Source: an uncultured Bacilli bacterium (GTDB taxonomy: Bacteria; Bacillota_I; Bacilli_A; RF39; UBA660). From it: DNA of 64,000 nucleotides. This document shows, piece by piece, positions 18,521-29,011 of this stretch. Positions within the stretch are counted from its first letter, which is position 1, and each line of letters begins with the position of its first letter. The position numbers and the translations under genes were made by a program. Below the pieces are notes generated by a model, which was given only the letters and a program-made list of their open reading frames with translations, was not told the DNA's origin and made no database searches. The stretch spans positions 1,278-65,277 of the forward strand of contig CANQPC010000003.1 of the NCBI GenBank assembly GCA_947625625.1. Reading direction: 5' to 3'.

Positions 18521-19090
18521 ATGAAATTAATTGTTGGTCTTGGTAATCCGGGAAATGAGTATGCTAAGACGAGACATAATATTGGATTTGATGTTTTAGA
18601 TATTCTTAGTAAAAAATATGGTCTAGAGTTTTTAAATAATAAAAAGTTTAATGCAATGGAAGCTATTTCGTATATTAAAGGTGAAAAGGTTATATTTGTC
18701 AAACCACTTTCTTATATGAATCTATCTGGTGATGTAGTTTCTAAATATGTTTCTTTTTATAATATTAGTAGTGATGATATTTTAGTTATCCATGATGATT
18801 TAGATATGGAGCTTGGAAAAATTAGAATTTTATTTGATAGTTCTAGCGGAGGACATAATGGTATTAAAGATATTACTTTGAAACTTGGGACACAAAAATA
18901 TACACGGCTTAAGATAGGTATTTCTAATAATAAAAATATTGATACTAAAGATTATGTTTTGGGTAAATTAAGTGAAGAGGAAAAAAGAATACTTGATAAT
19001 TCATACGAAAAGGTCTATAATATTGCTGAAGATTTTATTTTATTAGATCTTATTACTTTGAAACAGAAGTATAATAGTTTAAATAATTAG
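18521..19090 (+). CDS. pth: Peptidyl-tRNA hydrolase
   Basis: LIVGLGNPG..Y..TRHNIGF and GGHNGIKDI motifs. Confidence 0.95.
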   Translation: MKLIVGLGNPGNEYAKTRHNIGFDVLDILSKKYGLEFLNNKKFNAMEAISYIKGEKVIFVKPLSYMNLSGDVVSKYVSFYNISSDDILVIHDDLDMELGKIRILFDSSSGGHNGIKDITLKLGTQKYTRLKIGISNNKNIDTKDYVLGKLSEEEKRILDNSYEKVYNIAEDFILLDLITLKQKYNSLNN

Positions 19091-19136
19091 ATACATTAAT
19101 AATGTATCTTTTTGTGTTAAAGGAAAGTGATACTAG

Positions 19137-22100
19137 ATGAGATTTTTTGATAAAATATTTGAAATACATAATAATAGTAATAATGTTATTACGGGATTAA
19201 ATAGGGAACTTAATTCTATTTATATATATGATACTTTTCTTCAGAAAAAGAAGAGTGTTTTAGTCGTTACTAACTCTATATACGAAGCTAATGATATTTA
19301 TAATAGAATTTATAATTATACAGATAAAGTACTATTTTTTCCAATGGATGATTTTATTGCTAGTGAGGCAGTGGCGATAAGTCCTGAATTTATGACGGAA
19401 AGACTTTGTACTTTAAATAAGTTACTTACAAGTGATAATTATATTGTGATAACTAACTTGATGGGTATTTTAAGGTATTTACCTAGTATAGATATGTATA
19501 AGAGTAAGATTATTGAAATAAAAAAAGATGATGATATTGATCGTGATAAATTTATAGATAATTTATATAATTTGGGTTATGAAAATGTCAGTTTAGTCAG
19601 TAAAAGTGGAGAAATGGCAATTAGGGGATATGTTATCGATATTTTTCCTATTGACGTTGATAATCCGATTCGAATAGAATTTTGGGGAGATACTATTGAC
19701 AGTATTAAATATTTTGATGTTGAAAGTCAATTATCTAATGATGAAATTAATGATATTTGTATTTATCCTTTTACGGAGTTTTTAACTGATATAGATGTCG
19801 AAGATAAGAATAAGAAACAAAAATATTTACCTAATTATTCTAAAAAAGTTCAGGGTATTTGGGAGTATTTGAACGATTTTATATTATTTTACTATGATTA
19901 TAATCAGATTATGACAGGCTATAGTTTACTTAGAGAGACAATAGCGGGTTATGATAAAGAGGTAAATGATAGTATTTCTACTAATTATATGTTTGATATT
20001 GATGATATTAAGATTAGTGATATTGTCTATTTGATGGAGATAGATAATATTATCGATAAAAAAGATACGAGAAAGGTTGATTTTTTGGCTTTTGGTATCG
20101 ATAATTATGAAGGTAACTTTGAAAAAATAAAGAAAGATTTATTTCATTATATAAATATGGGAAAAACTGTTATTTTATGTATTTCAGATAAAATGGTGGT
20201 AAAACGTATTATTAATTATTTAGAAATTATTGATGATGTTATTTTGACTAGTGAAGATAATATTATTTTAGGAAAGATAAACATTATTAATAAAGATATT
20301 TTAAGTGGATTTATTTATGATAAATGGGTAGTTATTTCTTCTAATGATTTATTTGGAAAAGTGGAGATTAAGAAGAAAAATAAGAATAAATTTAAAGTTG
20401 GGACAAAGATTAGTAATATTAATACTTTAGTAAAGGGGGATTATATCGTTCATATCGACCATGGTGTTGGAATATATTCGGAACTTTGTACTCTTATGAA
20501 GAATGGTATTAAGAAGGATTATATTAAACTTATTTATGCTGATGGAGACGTTTTATATTTACCAGTCGAAAAGATCGATAAGATTAGTAAGTTTTCACCT
20601 AACGAAGGTTCTTTTGTAAGATTAGATAAATTGGGTAGTGATTCTTGGAATAAGAAGAAAGAGAGAGTTCGAAAGAGACTTCATGATATAGCGGGAGATT
20701 TGATGAAAGTGGCTTCAGAACGTGAGGCTATGAAGGGTTATGCTTTCTCTTCTGATGATGAGAATCAAATTTTATTCGAGAGTAAATTTATTTATGATGA
20801 AACGGCCGATCAGCTTCGGGCTTCGGAGATTATAAAGAAGGAAATGGAACGAGATAAACCTATGGATATGCTTCTTTGTGGTGATGTTGGCTATGGTAAA
20901 ACGGAGGTTGCTTTTAGGGCGATATTTAAGGCTGTCAATGATGGTAAGCAGGCCTGCTATTTATGTCCGACGACAATTCTTTCTAGTCAGCAATATAATT
21001 CTGCACTTCAAAGATTTGAAGACTTTCCTATTAATATGGCACTTCTTAATAGATTTACGTCTACTAAAGAGACACATGAGATATTGGAAAAACTTGCTAA
21101 TGGAAAAATTGATATTTTATTTGGAACACATAAGATTTTGAATGATGCTATTAAATTTAAGGATCTTGGTCTTTTGGTTATTGATGAAGAGCAGCGATTT
21201 GGAGTCGTTCATAAGGAAAAAATTAAACAATATAAAAATAATATTGATGTTTTAACTTTATCGGCTACTCCTATTCCTAGAACTTTACAAATGTCGATGT
21301 CGGGTATTAGAGGACTTGCACTTATCGAAACGCCTCCCGAGAGAAGAAGACCAATTCAAACTTATGTGATGCCGGAAAATAAAAATGTTATTAAGGATGC
21401 GATATATAAAGAACTTTCACGAAAGGGACAAGTATTTATTTTATATAATAGTGTCGAGAGAATTGAAAGTAAATTGGAGGAGATAAAGGAATTAGTACCA
21501 GAAGCGAGAATTAATTTTGCCCATGGTAGAATGACAAAGCAAGAACTTGAAAATATTATGAGTGACTTTATTAATTATGAATTTGATATTCTCTTATGTA
21601 CGACTATTATTGAGACGGGAATTGATATTCCTAATGTTAATACTCTTATTATTATTGATGCTGATAGATTTGGACTTTCACAGTTATATCAAATTAGAGG
21701 TAGAATAGGTAGAAGTGATAAAATTGGTTATGCATATCTTATGTATAATGGCAAGAAAGAACTTAATGATTTAGCAGTTAAAAGGTTAAATACGATAAAA
21801 GAATTTACTGAACTTGGAAGTGGATTTAAGATTGCTATGCGTGATTTATCGATTAGAGGTGCAGGAGATATTTTGGGTAGCGAACAGTCGGGTTTTATCG
21901 ACAGTATTGGAATTGAGTTATATTTGAAAATGCTTAAAGAGGAAGTAGATAAACTTAAAGGTATAAAGGTAGAAGAAGAAAAAGAAGAAAGTAATAAGCC
22001 TTTAATTGAAGTAGAAACGCATATTTCTAATGATTATGCTCCCGATGATGCTATTAAAATTGAAATACATAAGATGATTAATGAAGTAGAAAATTATCAA

Positions 22101-22454
22101 GATATCGATCGGATTAAGAATGAACTTGAAGATAGATTTGGTATGATTACAGAAGAAATGGTAATTTATATGCACGAGGAATGGTTTGAAAAGCAAGCTA
22201 AAAAGCTTTCTATTACGGAGAGTAAACAGACAAAGACTTTTGTCGAAATTGTTTTGCCTCAGATTACTTCGATGAAGATTGATGGGGAAAAACTATTTTT
22301 TGCGGCATATGATATATCGAAGTATTTTAGATTTTCTTATGATAATAAGCAAATACATATTATTTTAGATACGATAAAATTAGATAAGCATTTTATATAT
22401 TATTTAAATGAACTATTAGAGAAAATTATTACAGAAATTAAAATTAATGACTAA
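19137..22454 (+). CDS. mfd: Transcription-repair coupling factor
   Basis: 1105 aa. UvrB-like N-terminus, CarD-like domain (GDYIVHIDHGVG) and SF2 helicase motifs (GDVGYGKTEVA, DEEQRFG). Confidence 0.95.
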   Translation: MRFFDKIFEIHNNSNNVITGLNRELNSIYIYDTFLQKKKSVLVVTNSIYEANDIYNRIYNYTDKVLFFPMDDFIASEAVAISPEFMTERLCTLNKLLTSDNYIVITNLMGILRYLPSIDMYKSKIIEIKKDDDIDRDKFIDNLYNLGYENVSLVSKSGEMAIRGYVIDIFPIDVDNPIRIEFWGDTIDSIKYFDVESQLSNDEINDICIYPFTEFLTDIDVEDKNKKQKYLPNYSKKVQGIWEYLNDFILFYYDYNQIMTGYSLLRETIAGYDKEVNDSISTNYMFDIDDIKISDIVYLMEIDNIIDKKDTRKVDFLAFGIDNYEGNFEKIKKDLFHYINMGKTVILCISDKMVVKRIINYLEIIDDVILTSEDNIILGKINIINKDILSGFIYDKWVVISSNDLFGKVEIKKKNKNKFKVGTKISNINTLVKGDYIVHIDHGVGIYSELCTLMKNGIKKDYIKLIYADGDVLYLPVEKIDKISKFSPNEGSFVRLDKLGSDSWNKKKERVRKRLHDIAGDLMKVASEREAMKGYAFSSDDENQILFESKFIYDETADQLRASEIIKKEMERDKPMDMLLCGDVGYGKTEVAFRAIFKAVNDGKQACYLCPTTILSSQQYNSALQRFEDFPINMALLNRFTSTKETHEILEKLANGKIDILFGTHKILNDAIKFKDLGLLVIDEEQRFGVVHKEKIKQYKNNIDVLTLSATPIPRTLQMSMSGIRGLALIETPPERRRPIQTYVMPENKNVIKDAIYKELSRKGQVFILYNSVERIESKLEEIKELVPEARINFAHGRMTKQELENIMSDFINYEFDILLCTTIIETGIDIPNVNTLIIIDADRFGLSQLYQIRGRIGRSDKIGYAYLMYNGKKELNDLAVKRLNTIKEFTELGSGFKIAMRDLSIRGAGDILGSEQSGFIDSIGIELYLKMLKEEVDKLKGIKVEEEKEESNKPLIEVETHISNDYAPDDAIKIEIHKMINEVENYQDIDRIKNELEDRFGMITEEMVIYMHEEWFEKQAKKLSITESKQTKTFVEIVLPQITSMKIDGEKLFFAAYDISKYFRFSYDNKQIHIILDTIKLDKHFIYYLNELLEKIITEIKIND

Positions 22455-22532
22455 AATGTTATTAATTTTTTTCTTTGTCTGTATAATTATTTAGTTATTT
22501 GACAAAATATTAAAGAAAGTATAGGTGATATT

Positions 22533-23063
22533 TTGAAAACAACTGGTGTTATTAGAAGAATTGATGAACTTGGAAGAGTAGTTATTCCTAAAGAAATAAG
22601 AAAAAATTTACGTATTAAGAACGGTGAGAGTTTAGAAATATTTGTCGAAGGAGAAAATATTATTTTAAAGAAATTCTCACAGATAGAAAGTTTGGAGAAT
22701 GTATCGGTTGATTATGTCGAAGCTTTTAATCAAATTATTAAACATAATATAATAGTAACAGATAGAGATAAGGTTATTGCTGTAGCGGGACCTCTTAAGA
22801 AAAAGTATATGGGAAAGATGATAAATGATTTTACGGAAAGGTCTATCGAACGAAGAGATTCTTTTTCAGAAAAGCAAAAGAAAATATTTAAGGTAATTGA
22901 TGATGAGGAAGAAAATGGTTATTATTCTTTTGCATCGATTGTCAATAATGGAGATGCTATTGGAAGTGTAATATTAATATCGACTGATACGCCAATTACT
23001 GATGTTGAAGATAAGATGATTGTTATTTTATCGCATTTGTTAAGTCAAAAATTTATCGATTAA
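22533..23063 (+). CDS. spoVT: Stage V sporulation protein T (AbrB/SpoVT family regulator)
   Basis: SpoVT-AbrB N-terminus TGVIRRIDELGRVVIPKEIRKNL plus a GAF-like C-terminus. TTG start. Lies after mfd as in Bacillus. Confidence 0.85.
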   Translation: MKTTGVIRRIDELGRVVIPKEIRKNLRIKNGESLEIFVEGENIILKKFSQIESLENVSVDYVEAFNQIIKHNIIVTDRDKVIAVAGPLKKKYMGKMINDFTERSIERRDSFSEKQKKIFKVIDDEEENGYYSFASIVNNGDAIGSVILISTDTPITDVEDKMIVILSHLLSQKFID

Positions 23064-23091
23064 AACATAGATGATATGCTATGTTTTTTTT
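23063..23091 (+). terminator. Rho-independent terminator after spoVT
   Basis: Stem AAACATAG/CTATGTTT followed by a T run. Confidence 0.75.
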
Positions 23092-23183
23092 ATATTTGCT
23101 GATTGTAAAATATTTGTAAATATTTATTTTTATAATTTTTTTTTAATGATGTAAATGGTATAATTTATTTGGGAGTATTAGAT

Positions 23184-23894
23184 ATGAAAGATATTATAAA
23201 TAAACTTTTAGATGATAATTTTTTATTTGATGAAATTTCTCCTGACAATGATAATTATGGTTATTATATGGTCGCTAGAAAAGAGTTAGATACTAAAAAA
23301 ATAGAATCTTTTAAGATAAGCGACATAAGAAAGATTCTTGGTAGTTGTTCTAAATTAGATACTTATGTTGATATTTTTGATGATATTGATAAGAATCTTT
23401 TATATAAAAGTGTCAAACATGGTTTTAATCATAATGTTAGAGTTTTTATATATGCACTTATTATTTGCATTAATGAAGGATTAAGTGATGATGATATTAA
23501 AGTGGTATTAGAGGGGGCAAAATATCATGATATTGGAAGAATAAATGATTTAGAAGATAGTAGTCATGGCGTGAGAAGCGCCGAAAAACTTGATTTTTTG
23601 AAAGATAAATATAGTGATATGGAAATTAAATATTTAAAGACAATTGTCATAGGTCATAGTTTAAATGATGAATTTTTTGAAAAAATAGCGATGGAAAATG
23701 AAATAATTGATTTGGAAAAATGTAAGAAGATGTTTATGATACTTAAGGATGCTGATGCTTTAGATAGGGTTAGGCTAGAATATCCTTATGTTGATTTAAA
23801 TTATTTAAGGACAGATACTTCTTTGAAATTAGTTTTATTTTCTTATCAATTATATTATAATTATTGGAGGTTAATGGGAAATGACGATGAATAA
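23184..23894 (+). CDS. HD-domain phosphohydrolase-like protein
   Basis: H..R, YHDIGR, HG..SA and LKDADALDR motifs. The ATG at 23184 follows GGGAG. Confidence 0.6.
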   Translation: MKDIINKLLDDNFLFDEISPDNDNYGYYMVARKELDTKKIESFKISDIRKILGSCSKLDTYVDIFDDIDKNLLYKSVKHGFNHNVRVFIYALIICINEGLSDDDIKVVLEGAKYHDIGRINDLEDSSHGVRSAEKLDFLKDKYSDMEIKYLKTIVIGHSLNDEFFEKIAMENEIIDLEKCKKMFMILKDADALDRVRLEYPYVDLNYLRTDTSLKLVLFSYQLYYNYWRLMGNDDE

Positions 23895-24699
23895 AGATGA
23901 GTGTATAGAATTGGCTAATAGTAAATATAATGGAAAAGCTAAAGATGTTATTGTTAAACAAATTGATAATTTCTTTGATATTGAAGAAAGTAAATTTATT
24001 TTGTCTAAAAATAAATATAATGTAGGTGATTATGTAAGACTTACAAGTGATAATTACTTGCATGGAATTGGTAAAAATGAGACCTCTATTAAATTTGTAT
24101 CAGAAAATGGTATTTTATCTAAAGAGGCAACTGGTGATTTTGGAAATCATGCTTTTAGGTTTGTTGTAGGTTTATGGAGAGTTAAAGAAGATATTCTTCT
24201 TAGCGATTATATTAGAAATTATAGCGGAATAATTGCTAAATATAATGATGTTAACGAACAAGTTCCATATGGAAAATTAGATGAATTTGTCGATAAAATG
24301 CGAAATGTCGATCACTTTCTTTGGAAAGCGGAATCATCTATGGAAGTTAGATTTATGCCTAGTCTTGCAAGAGATATTAATCAAATTGGTTTTATTTTGA
24401 ATTTGGGATCTTCATATGGAAAAAAATTACTTAAAAATGATATTAATGGTAAAAAATATGATAAAAAAATTTCCGATAATTTTTTAAGGGAAGATCTTAG
24501 AGGTAATTTTTTTGATAATAAAGATAATGCTTTTTTGGAAAGGGCTAGTTATGTTGTCTTCGGAATTAACAAATGTTTTATCGAAGGAATAATTGTCGGA
24601 AGAAAATATGAAAGTGATGGTGATAAGATTTCTGATTTAAAAGAGTTATTTCCTAATTCTTATATATGTAATTTAGATGGTATGGTTATATGTGAATAG
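23881..24699 (+). CDS. Hypothetical protein (272 aa), overlaps the HD gene by 14 nt
   Basis: Long ORF with GGAGG 10 nt upstream. I recognise no family. Confidence 0.5.
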   Translation: MTMNKDECIELANSKYNGKAKDVIVKQIDNFFDIEESKFILSKNKYNVGDYVRLTSDNYLHGIGKNETSIKFVSENGILSKEATGDFGNHAFRFVVGLWRVKEDILLSDYIRNYSGIIAKYNDVNEQVPYGKLDEFVDKMRNVDHFLWKAESSMEVRFMPSLARDINQIGFILNLGSSYGKKLLKNDINGKKYDKKISDNFLREDLRGNFFDNKDNAFLERASYVVFGINKCFIEGIIVGRKYESDGDKISDLKELFPNSYICNLDGMVICE

Positions 24700-24753
24700 T
24701 TATAGTTTAAAAAAATAATAATTATTTTGTAATTACCTTAAATAAAAAAATAC

Positions 24754-24782
24754 TTGCAATATTATTATTTATATGATAATAT
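24754..24782 (+). promoter_or_regulatory. Sigma-A-type promoter of the T-box leader
   Basis: TTGCAA, 17 bp spacer, TAATAT. Confidence 0.6.
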
Positions 24783-24789
24783 TTGATAT

Positions 24790-25001
24790 GTAAAGCGATG
24801 AAGGAAAGAGTAATAGGAATAGTTTAGAGAGAGTCTATGTTGGTGGAAAATAGATAATGAAAACTATTATAAATGGTTCTGGAGCAGTTATATCTAATAG
24901 GTATAAACGGTTGTTACGTTATAACTTATATGAGTGTATTGTATGTAAAGTAAGGTGGTACCGCGGATAATTTGTTCGTCCTTTAGGTGTCACTTTTTTT
25001 T
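24790..25001 (+). promoter_or_regulatory. T-box riboswitch leader, probable Met (AUG) specifier
   Basis: Stem I elements GATGAAGG/AGAGTA, distal AGAGAG and GGTGGAA. Candidate specifier ATG followed by A at 24857-24860. T-box core AAGGTGGTACCGCGG at 24951-24965. T8 run at 24993-25000. The terminator helix is not clearly resolved. Confidence 0.8.
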
Positions 25002-25012
25002 GGAGGTAGATA

Positions 25013-25477
25013 ATGAGAAAATTTGAAAAAATAACTAGAGATGTATTTGAAAGAGACATTCCAGATGGTGATTATGACTCTTTGACTATTCCTAGAAGAA
25101 GTACGAAGTTATCTGCTGGATATGATTTTATAAGTGTTACTAATGTTACTTTAAATCCAGGAGAGAGAAAAATAATTCCTACTGGAATAAGAGTAATTAT
25201 GAATGATAATGAATATTTGGCATTATATATTAGAAGTAGTTATGGATTTAAATATAATGTACGGATGTGTAATCAAGTAGGAATAATCGATGCTGACTAT
25301 TATGGTAATAAAGATAATGGAGGACATATTTTTGTCTGCTTACAAAATGAAGGAGATAAAGTAGTAGAAATTAAAAAAGGGGAAAAATTTATACAAGGTA
25401 TATTTACACCATTTTTAATTACTGATGATGATGTGGTAAATGAAAAGAGAATTGGTGGAATTGGAAGTACTGATTAA
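25013..25477 (+). CDS. dut: dUTP diphosphatase (trimeric dUTPase)
   Basis: Motifs SAGYDF, GIIDADYYG and RIGGIGSTD. Confidence 0.85.
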   Translation: MRKFEKITRDVFERDIPDGDYDSLTIPRRSTKLSAGYDFISVTNVTLNPGERKIIPTGIRVIMNDNEYLALYIRSSYGFKYNVRMCNQVGIIDADYYGNKDNGGHIFVCLQNEGDKVVEIKKGEKFIQGIFTPFLITDDDVVNEKRIGGIGSTD

Positions 25478-25495
25478 TTTAGAGGAGATGATATA

Positions 25496-27025
25496 ATGAA
25501 AGAAAAATTTTATATAAGTACCGCTATTGCATATACATCTAGTAAACCACATATTGGAAATACTTATGAAATAGTTTTAGCGGATGCTATTGCAAGGTAT
25601 AAAAGGCTTTCTGGCTATGATGTTTATTTTCAGACTGGAACGGACGAACACGGGCAAAAAATAGAAGTAAAGGCAATGGAGAAAGGGGTAACACCACAGG
25701 AGTATGTCGATGAAATAGCAAAAGAAATTAAAAATATTTGGGATTTAATGAATACTTCTTACGATAAGTTTGTTAGAACGACAGATAAGGAACATGAAAA
25801 GAAAGTTCAAAAGATATTTAAAAAGTTATATGATTTAGGTGATATTTACAAAGGTGAATATAATGGATTATATTGTACGCCATGTGAATCTTTTTGGACG
25901 GAAAGTCAACTTGTTGATGGAAAATGTCCGGACTGTGGTAGAGAAGTTAAGGAAGCTACGGAAGAAGCTTATTTTCTTAGAACTAGTAAATATTCGAAAT
26001 GGCTTGAAAATTATATTTTGGAACATCCTGGTTTTATTGAGCCAGAATCTCGAAAAAATGAAATTATGAATAATTTTATTAAGCCGGGACTTCAGGATTT
26101 ATGTGTTTCTAGGACTTCTTTTAAATGGGGAATACCGGTAGATTTTGATCCAAAACATGTGGTATACGTATGGATTGATGCGCTTTCTAATTATATTACG
26201 TTTTTGGGCTACGACGTAGATGGTAGTACGAAAGAATTTGAGAAATATTGGCCTTGTGATATTCATTTAATTGGCAAAGATATTCTTAGATTTCATACGA
26301 TATATTGGCCGATTATGTTACATATTTTAAATCTTCCTTTGCCTAAAAAGATTTTCGGTCATCCATGGCTCTTATTTGGTGATGATAAGATGAGTAAGAG
26401 TAAAGGTAATATTGTGTATGCTGATGACTTGGTTCATGAATTTGGAGTAGATGCTGTTAGATTTTATATGTTACATGAAATTCCTTTTGCATCAGATGGT
26501 AATTTTACAAGGGAGTTATTAATTGATGCGATAAATGGTACTTTAGCAAATGTAATTGGTAATTTGGTTAATAGAACGATAGGTATGATAAATAAATACT
26601 TTGATGGTGTTGTAGAAAATAAAAATATTTGTGAGGAAATTGATACTGAATTTAAAGAGTTTGTCTTAGGACAGAAGAAGATTATTGATGAAAAAATAGA
26701 TAATCTTCGAGTTAGTGATGCTCTAGAAGAAGTTATTAATATTTTTCGTAAAAGCAACAAGTATATTGATGAGACAATGCCTTGGGTACTTGCTAAAGAT
26801 GAAAGTAAAAGAGATAGACTTGCGACAGTTATATATAATTTAATTGAGGCTATTAGAATAGGAAGTGTATTATTAGAGGCCTTTTTACCTACTACTAGTG
26901 AAAAAATCTTCTATCAAATAAATACTGATAAGACTTCTTTTGATTCTATTTTAAAGTTTGGTGGCTATGTTTCTGGAACAAAAGTTAATAAGCCAGAAGT
27001 ATTATTTCAGAGAATAGAGAACTAA
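25496..27025 (+). CDS. metG: Methionine--tRNA ligase (short form)
   Basis: HIGN (HIGH) motif, zinc knuckle CTPCE..CPDCG and KMSKS. Confidence 0.95.
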   Translation: MKEKFYISTAIAYTSSKPHIGNTYEIVLADAIARYKRLSGYDVYFQTGTDEHGQKIEVKAMEKGVTPQEYVDEIAKEIKNIWDLMNTSYDKFVRTTDKEHEKKVQKIFKKLYDLGDIYKGEYNGLYCTPCESFWTESQLVDGKCPDCGREVKEATEEAYFLRTSKYSKWLENYILEHPGFIEPESRKNEIMNNFIKPGLQDLCVSRTSFKWGIPVDFDPKHVVYVWIDALSNYITFLGYDVDGSTKEFEKYWPCDIHLIGKDILRFHTIYWPIMLHILNLPLPKKIFGHPWLLFGDDKMSKSKGNIVYADDLVHEFGVDAVRFYMLHEIPFASDGNFTRELLIDAINGTLANVIGNLVNRTIGMINKYFDGVVENKNICEEIDTEFKEFVLGQKKIIDEKIDNLRVSDALEEVINIFRKSNKYIDETMPWVLAKDESKRDRLATVIYNLIEAIRIGSVLLEAFLPTTSEKIFYQINTDKTSFDSILKFGGYVSGTKVNKPEVLFQRIEN

Positions 27026-27045
27026 TTTATTTTAGTTCTTTTTTG
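27018..27045 (+). terminator. Rho-independent terminator after metG
   Basis: Stem AGAACTAA/TTAGTTCT overlapping the stop codon, followed by a T run. Confidence 0.7.
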
Positions 27046-27150
27046 TCAATAGATGTAAAGTGAGTGAAAAAGTATTTTACTAGTAATAAAAATTATGATA
27101 TAGTTTTATTGTAGTGCCTGCAGTAAATATAGAAAAAGGAGAAAAGGGCA

Positions 27151-27318
27151 ATGCTAAAGATACGTAATCAGGGAGTAGTTTTTAGAATATTGTTACTATT
27201 GTTTTCAGTTATTATGATTACACTTATTTTTATTTATAAAAATATTACTGATTTAACATATGTAGGAATGTTACTTTTATTGTTTTTAGACTTTTTGATT
27301 GAAAAATATTTGAAATGA
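27151..27318 (+). CDS. Small hydrophobic protein (55 aa), putative
   Basis: ATG preceded by AAAGGAGAAAAGGG. Two predicted TM helices. Below the ORF-track size cutoff. Confidence 0.35.
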   Translation: MLKIRNQGVVFRILLLLFSVIMITLIFIYKNITDLTYVGMLLLLFLDFLIEKYLK

Positions 27319-27359
27319 TTGTACTATTTACTAGTATAATTTTTTATATGGAGGGAACT

Positions 27360-28121
27360 ATGTATATTGATACTCATTGTCATATTTTTAATGAATATTA
27401 TGATAATATTGATAATGTTATTTTGAAATGTATAGAAAATAAGGTGTGTAGAATTATAGTAAGTGGTTTTGATATTAATTCTAATAAGGAAGTATTGAAA
27501 TTAATAGATAAATACGATATAGTATATGGAACAATTGGATTTCATCCTACTGAGCTTGATAATTTTCAAGATAATTATTATTCTTTCTTGGAAGAGCATA
27601 TTAATGATAAAAAAATAGTGGGAATAGGAGAAATTGGACTTGACTACCACTATGAAAATACTGATAAAGAAAAGCAAAAAGAAGTATTTAAAAGACAATT
27701 AGAACTAGCGGAAAGATACAATAAGCCAGTAGTTATACATACAAGAGATTCTATTAATGATACATATAATATATTAAAAGATTATAATTTGAATGGCAGT
27801 ATACATTGTTTTAGTGGTTCTTTGGAGATGGCTAAAGAATTTATTAAACTAGGTTATAAAATAGGAATAGGTGGAGTATCTACGTATAAGAATGCGAAAA
27901 ATATTAAAGAAGTAATAAAAAATATTGATTTATCATATATATTATTGGAGACTGATTCACCATATTTGGCTCCAGAACCTTATAGGGGAAAAATTAATGG
28001 TCCTCAGAATATACCATTAATTGCTGAAAATATAAGTGAGCTAAAAAATGTTACAATACAAGAGGTTATGAGGGTTAGCACTTCTAATGCAGAGGCCATA
28101 TTTGACTTTTTAGATAAATAA
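27360..28121 (+). CDS. tatD: TatD-family metal-dependent DNase/hydrolase
   Basis: IDTHCH, GEIGLDY, HTRD and ETDSPYL motifs. The ATG at 27360 follows GGAGGGA. Confidence 0.9.
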   Translation: MYIDTHCHIFNEYYDNIDNVILKCIENKVCRIIVSGFDINSNKEVLKLIDKYDIVYGTIGFHPTELDNFQDNYYSFLEEHINDKKIVGIGEIGLDYHYENTDKEKQKEVFKRQLELAERYNKPVVIHTRDSINDTYNILKDYNLNGSIHCFSGSLEMAKEFIKLGYKIGIGGVSTYKNAKNIKEVIKNIDLSYILLETDSPYLAPEPYRGKINGPQNIPLIAENISELKNVTIQEVMRVSTSNAEAIFDFLDK

Positions 28122-28163
28122 TGTTACAATTAATATGCTTAAAATATTAATGAGGTGAATAAA

Positions 28164-28892
28164 ATGAAAAAAATAGCTACTAAGATAATTACAATCTCAT
28201 CTCAGATTGGGATTGCTAGTTTATTTTTAGTATTATTATTTTCAAATGCTAAAGCTGATGATGAAGTTATTGTTTTAGAGAATAATAACTTTAATAAAAT
28301 GGCAGATTCTGTTTTTTCTCTTTTTAAAAAAGAGGAACTTATGACTGCTGCAACTGATGATAGTATTGTTGTCGATTTAGATGATGTTTCTAATGATTTG
28401 AATAAAAAAGAAGAAGAAGAAAATCCTAAAAATGAAGATAATACTTCTGAAGAAACTAAAAAAGAAGAAATTAAAGAAGTTCCAAAAGTAGAAGAACCAC
28501 CCGCTGTCGAAAACAAAACACCTTTGGAATATGAAGTACTAGAAACTTATGTTGGTAATTTAACTGGTTATGGTCCCGATTGTTATGGTTGCTCGGGAAA
28601 AACGAGAAGTGGTCATGATTTAAATAAATCTGTTTATTATGATGATCCTGAATTTGGAACAGTTAGAATTTTAGCGGCTGATTCTAGTTTTGGTAAAAAT
28701 GCAATATTTAGAGTTAGCAATGTTCCGGGAATGGATTCTTTTATAGGAATAGTTTTAGATACGGGAGGTAATGTTGGTTTTAATAGGGGAACTTTATTTG
28801 ATTTAGCATTTGCTACTGAGAAGGATCCTAATATAATTGGTCTTACTTCAAATGTTACTTTTGAGCTTTTAAGAAGAGGAATTGCTTGGTAA
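28164..28892 (+). CDS. 3D-domain cell-wall protein (YabE-like position)
   Basis: Signal/TM N-terminus, an acidic linker and a C-terminal 3D domain (GYGPDCYGCSGKTRSG, VLDTGG). Confidence 0.75.
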   Translation: MKKIATKIITISSQIGIASLFLVLLFSNAKADDEVIVLENNNFNKMADSVFSLFKKEELMTAATDDSIVVDLDDVSNDLNKKEEEENPKNEDNTSEETKKEEIKEVPKVEEPPAVENKTPLEYEVLETYVGNLTGYGPDCYGCSGKTRSGHDLNKSVYYDDPEFGTVRILAADSSFGKNAIFRVSNVPGMDSFIGIVLDTGGNVGFNRGTLFDLAFATEKDPNIIGLTSNVTFELLRRGIAW

Positions 28893-28931
28893 TAAGTAAT
28901 TCTTTTTTTGATGATATTAAATGGTATATTT

Positions 28932-28958
28932 GAGAAGTTATGGGGACTTCTTTTTTTT
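28932..28958 (+). terminator. Rho-independent terminator
   Basis: Stem GAAGT/ACTTC followed by a T8 run. A second weaker hairpin plus T7 run lies at 28879-28909. Confidence 0.6.
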
Positions 28959-29011
28959 CGACATTTTTTTTAATTGAGGTGTCATATAATTTTAATGAGA
29001 AGATGTGATAT

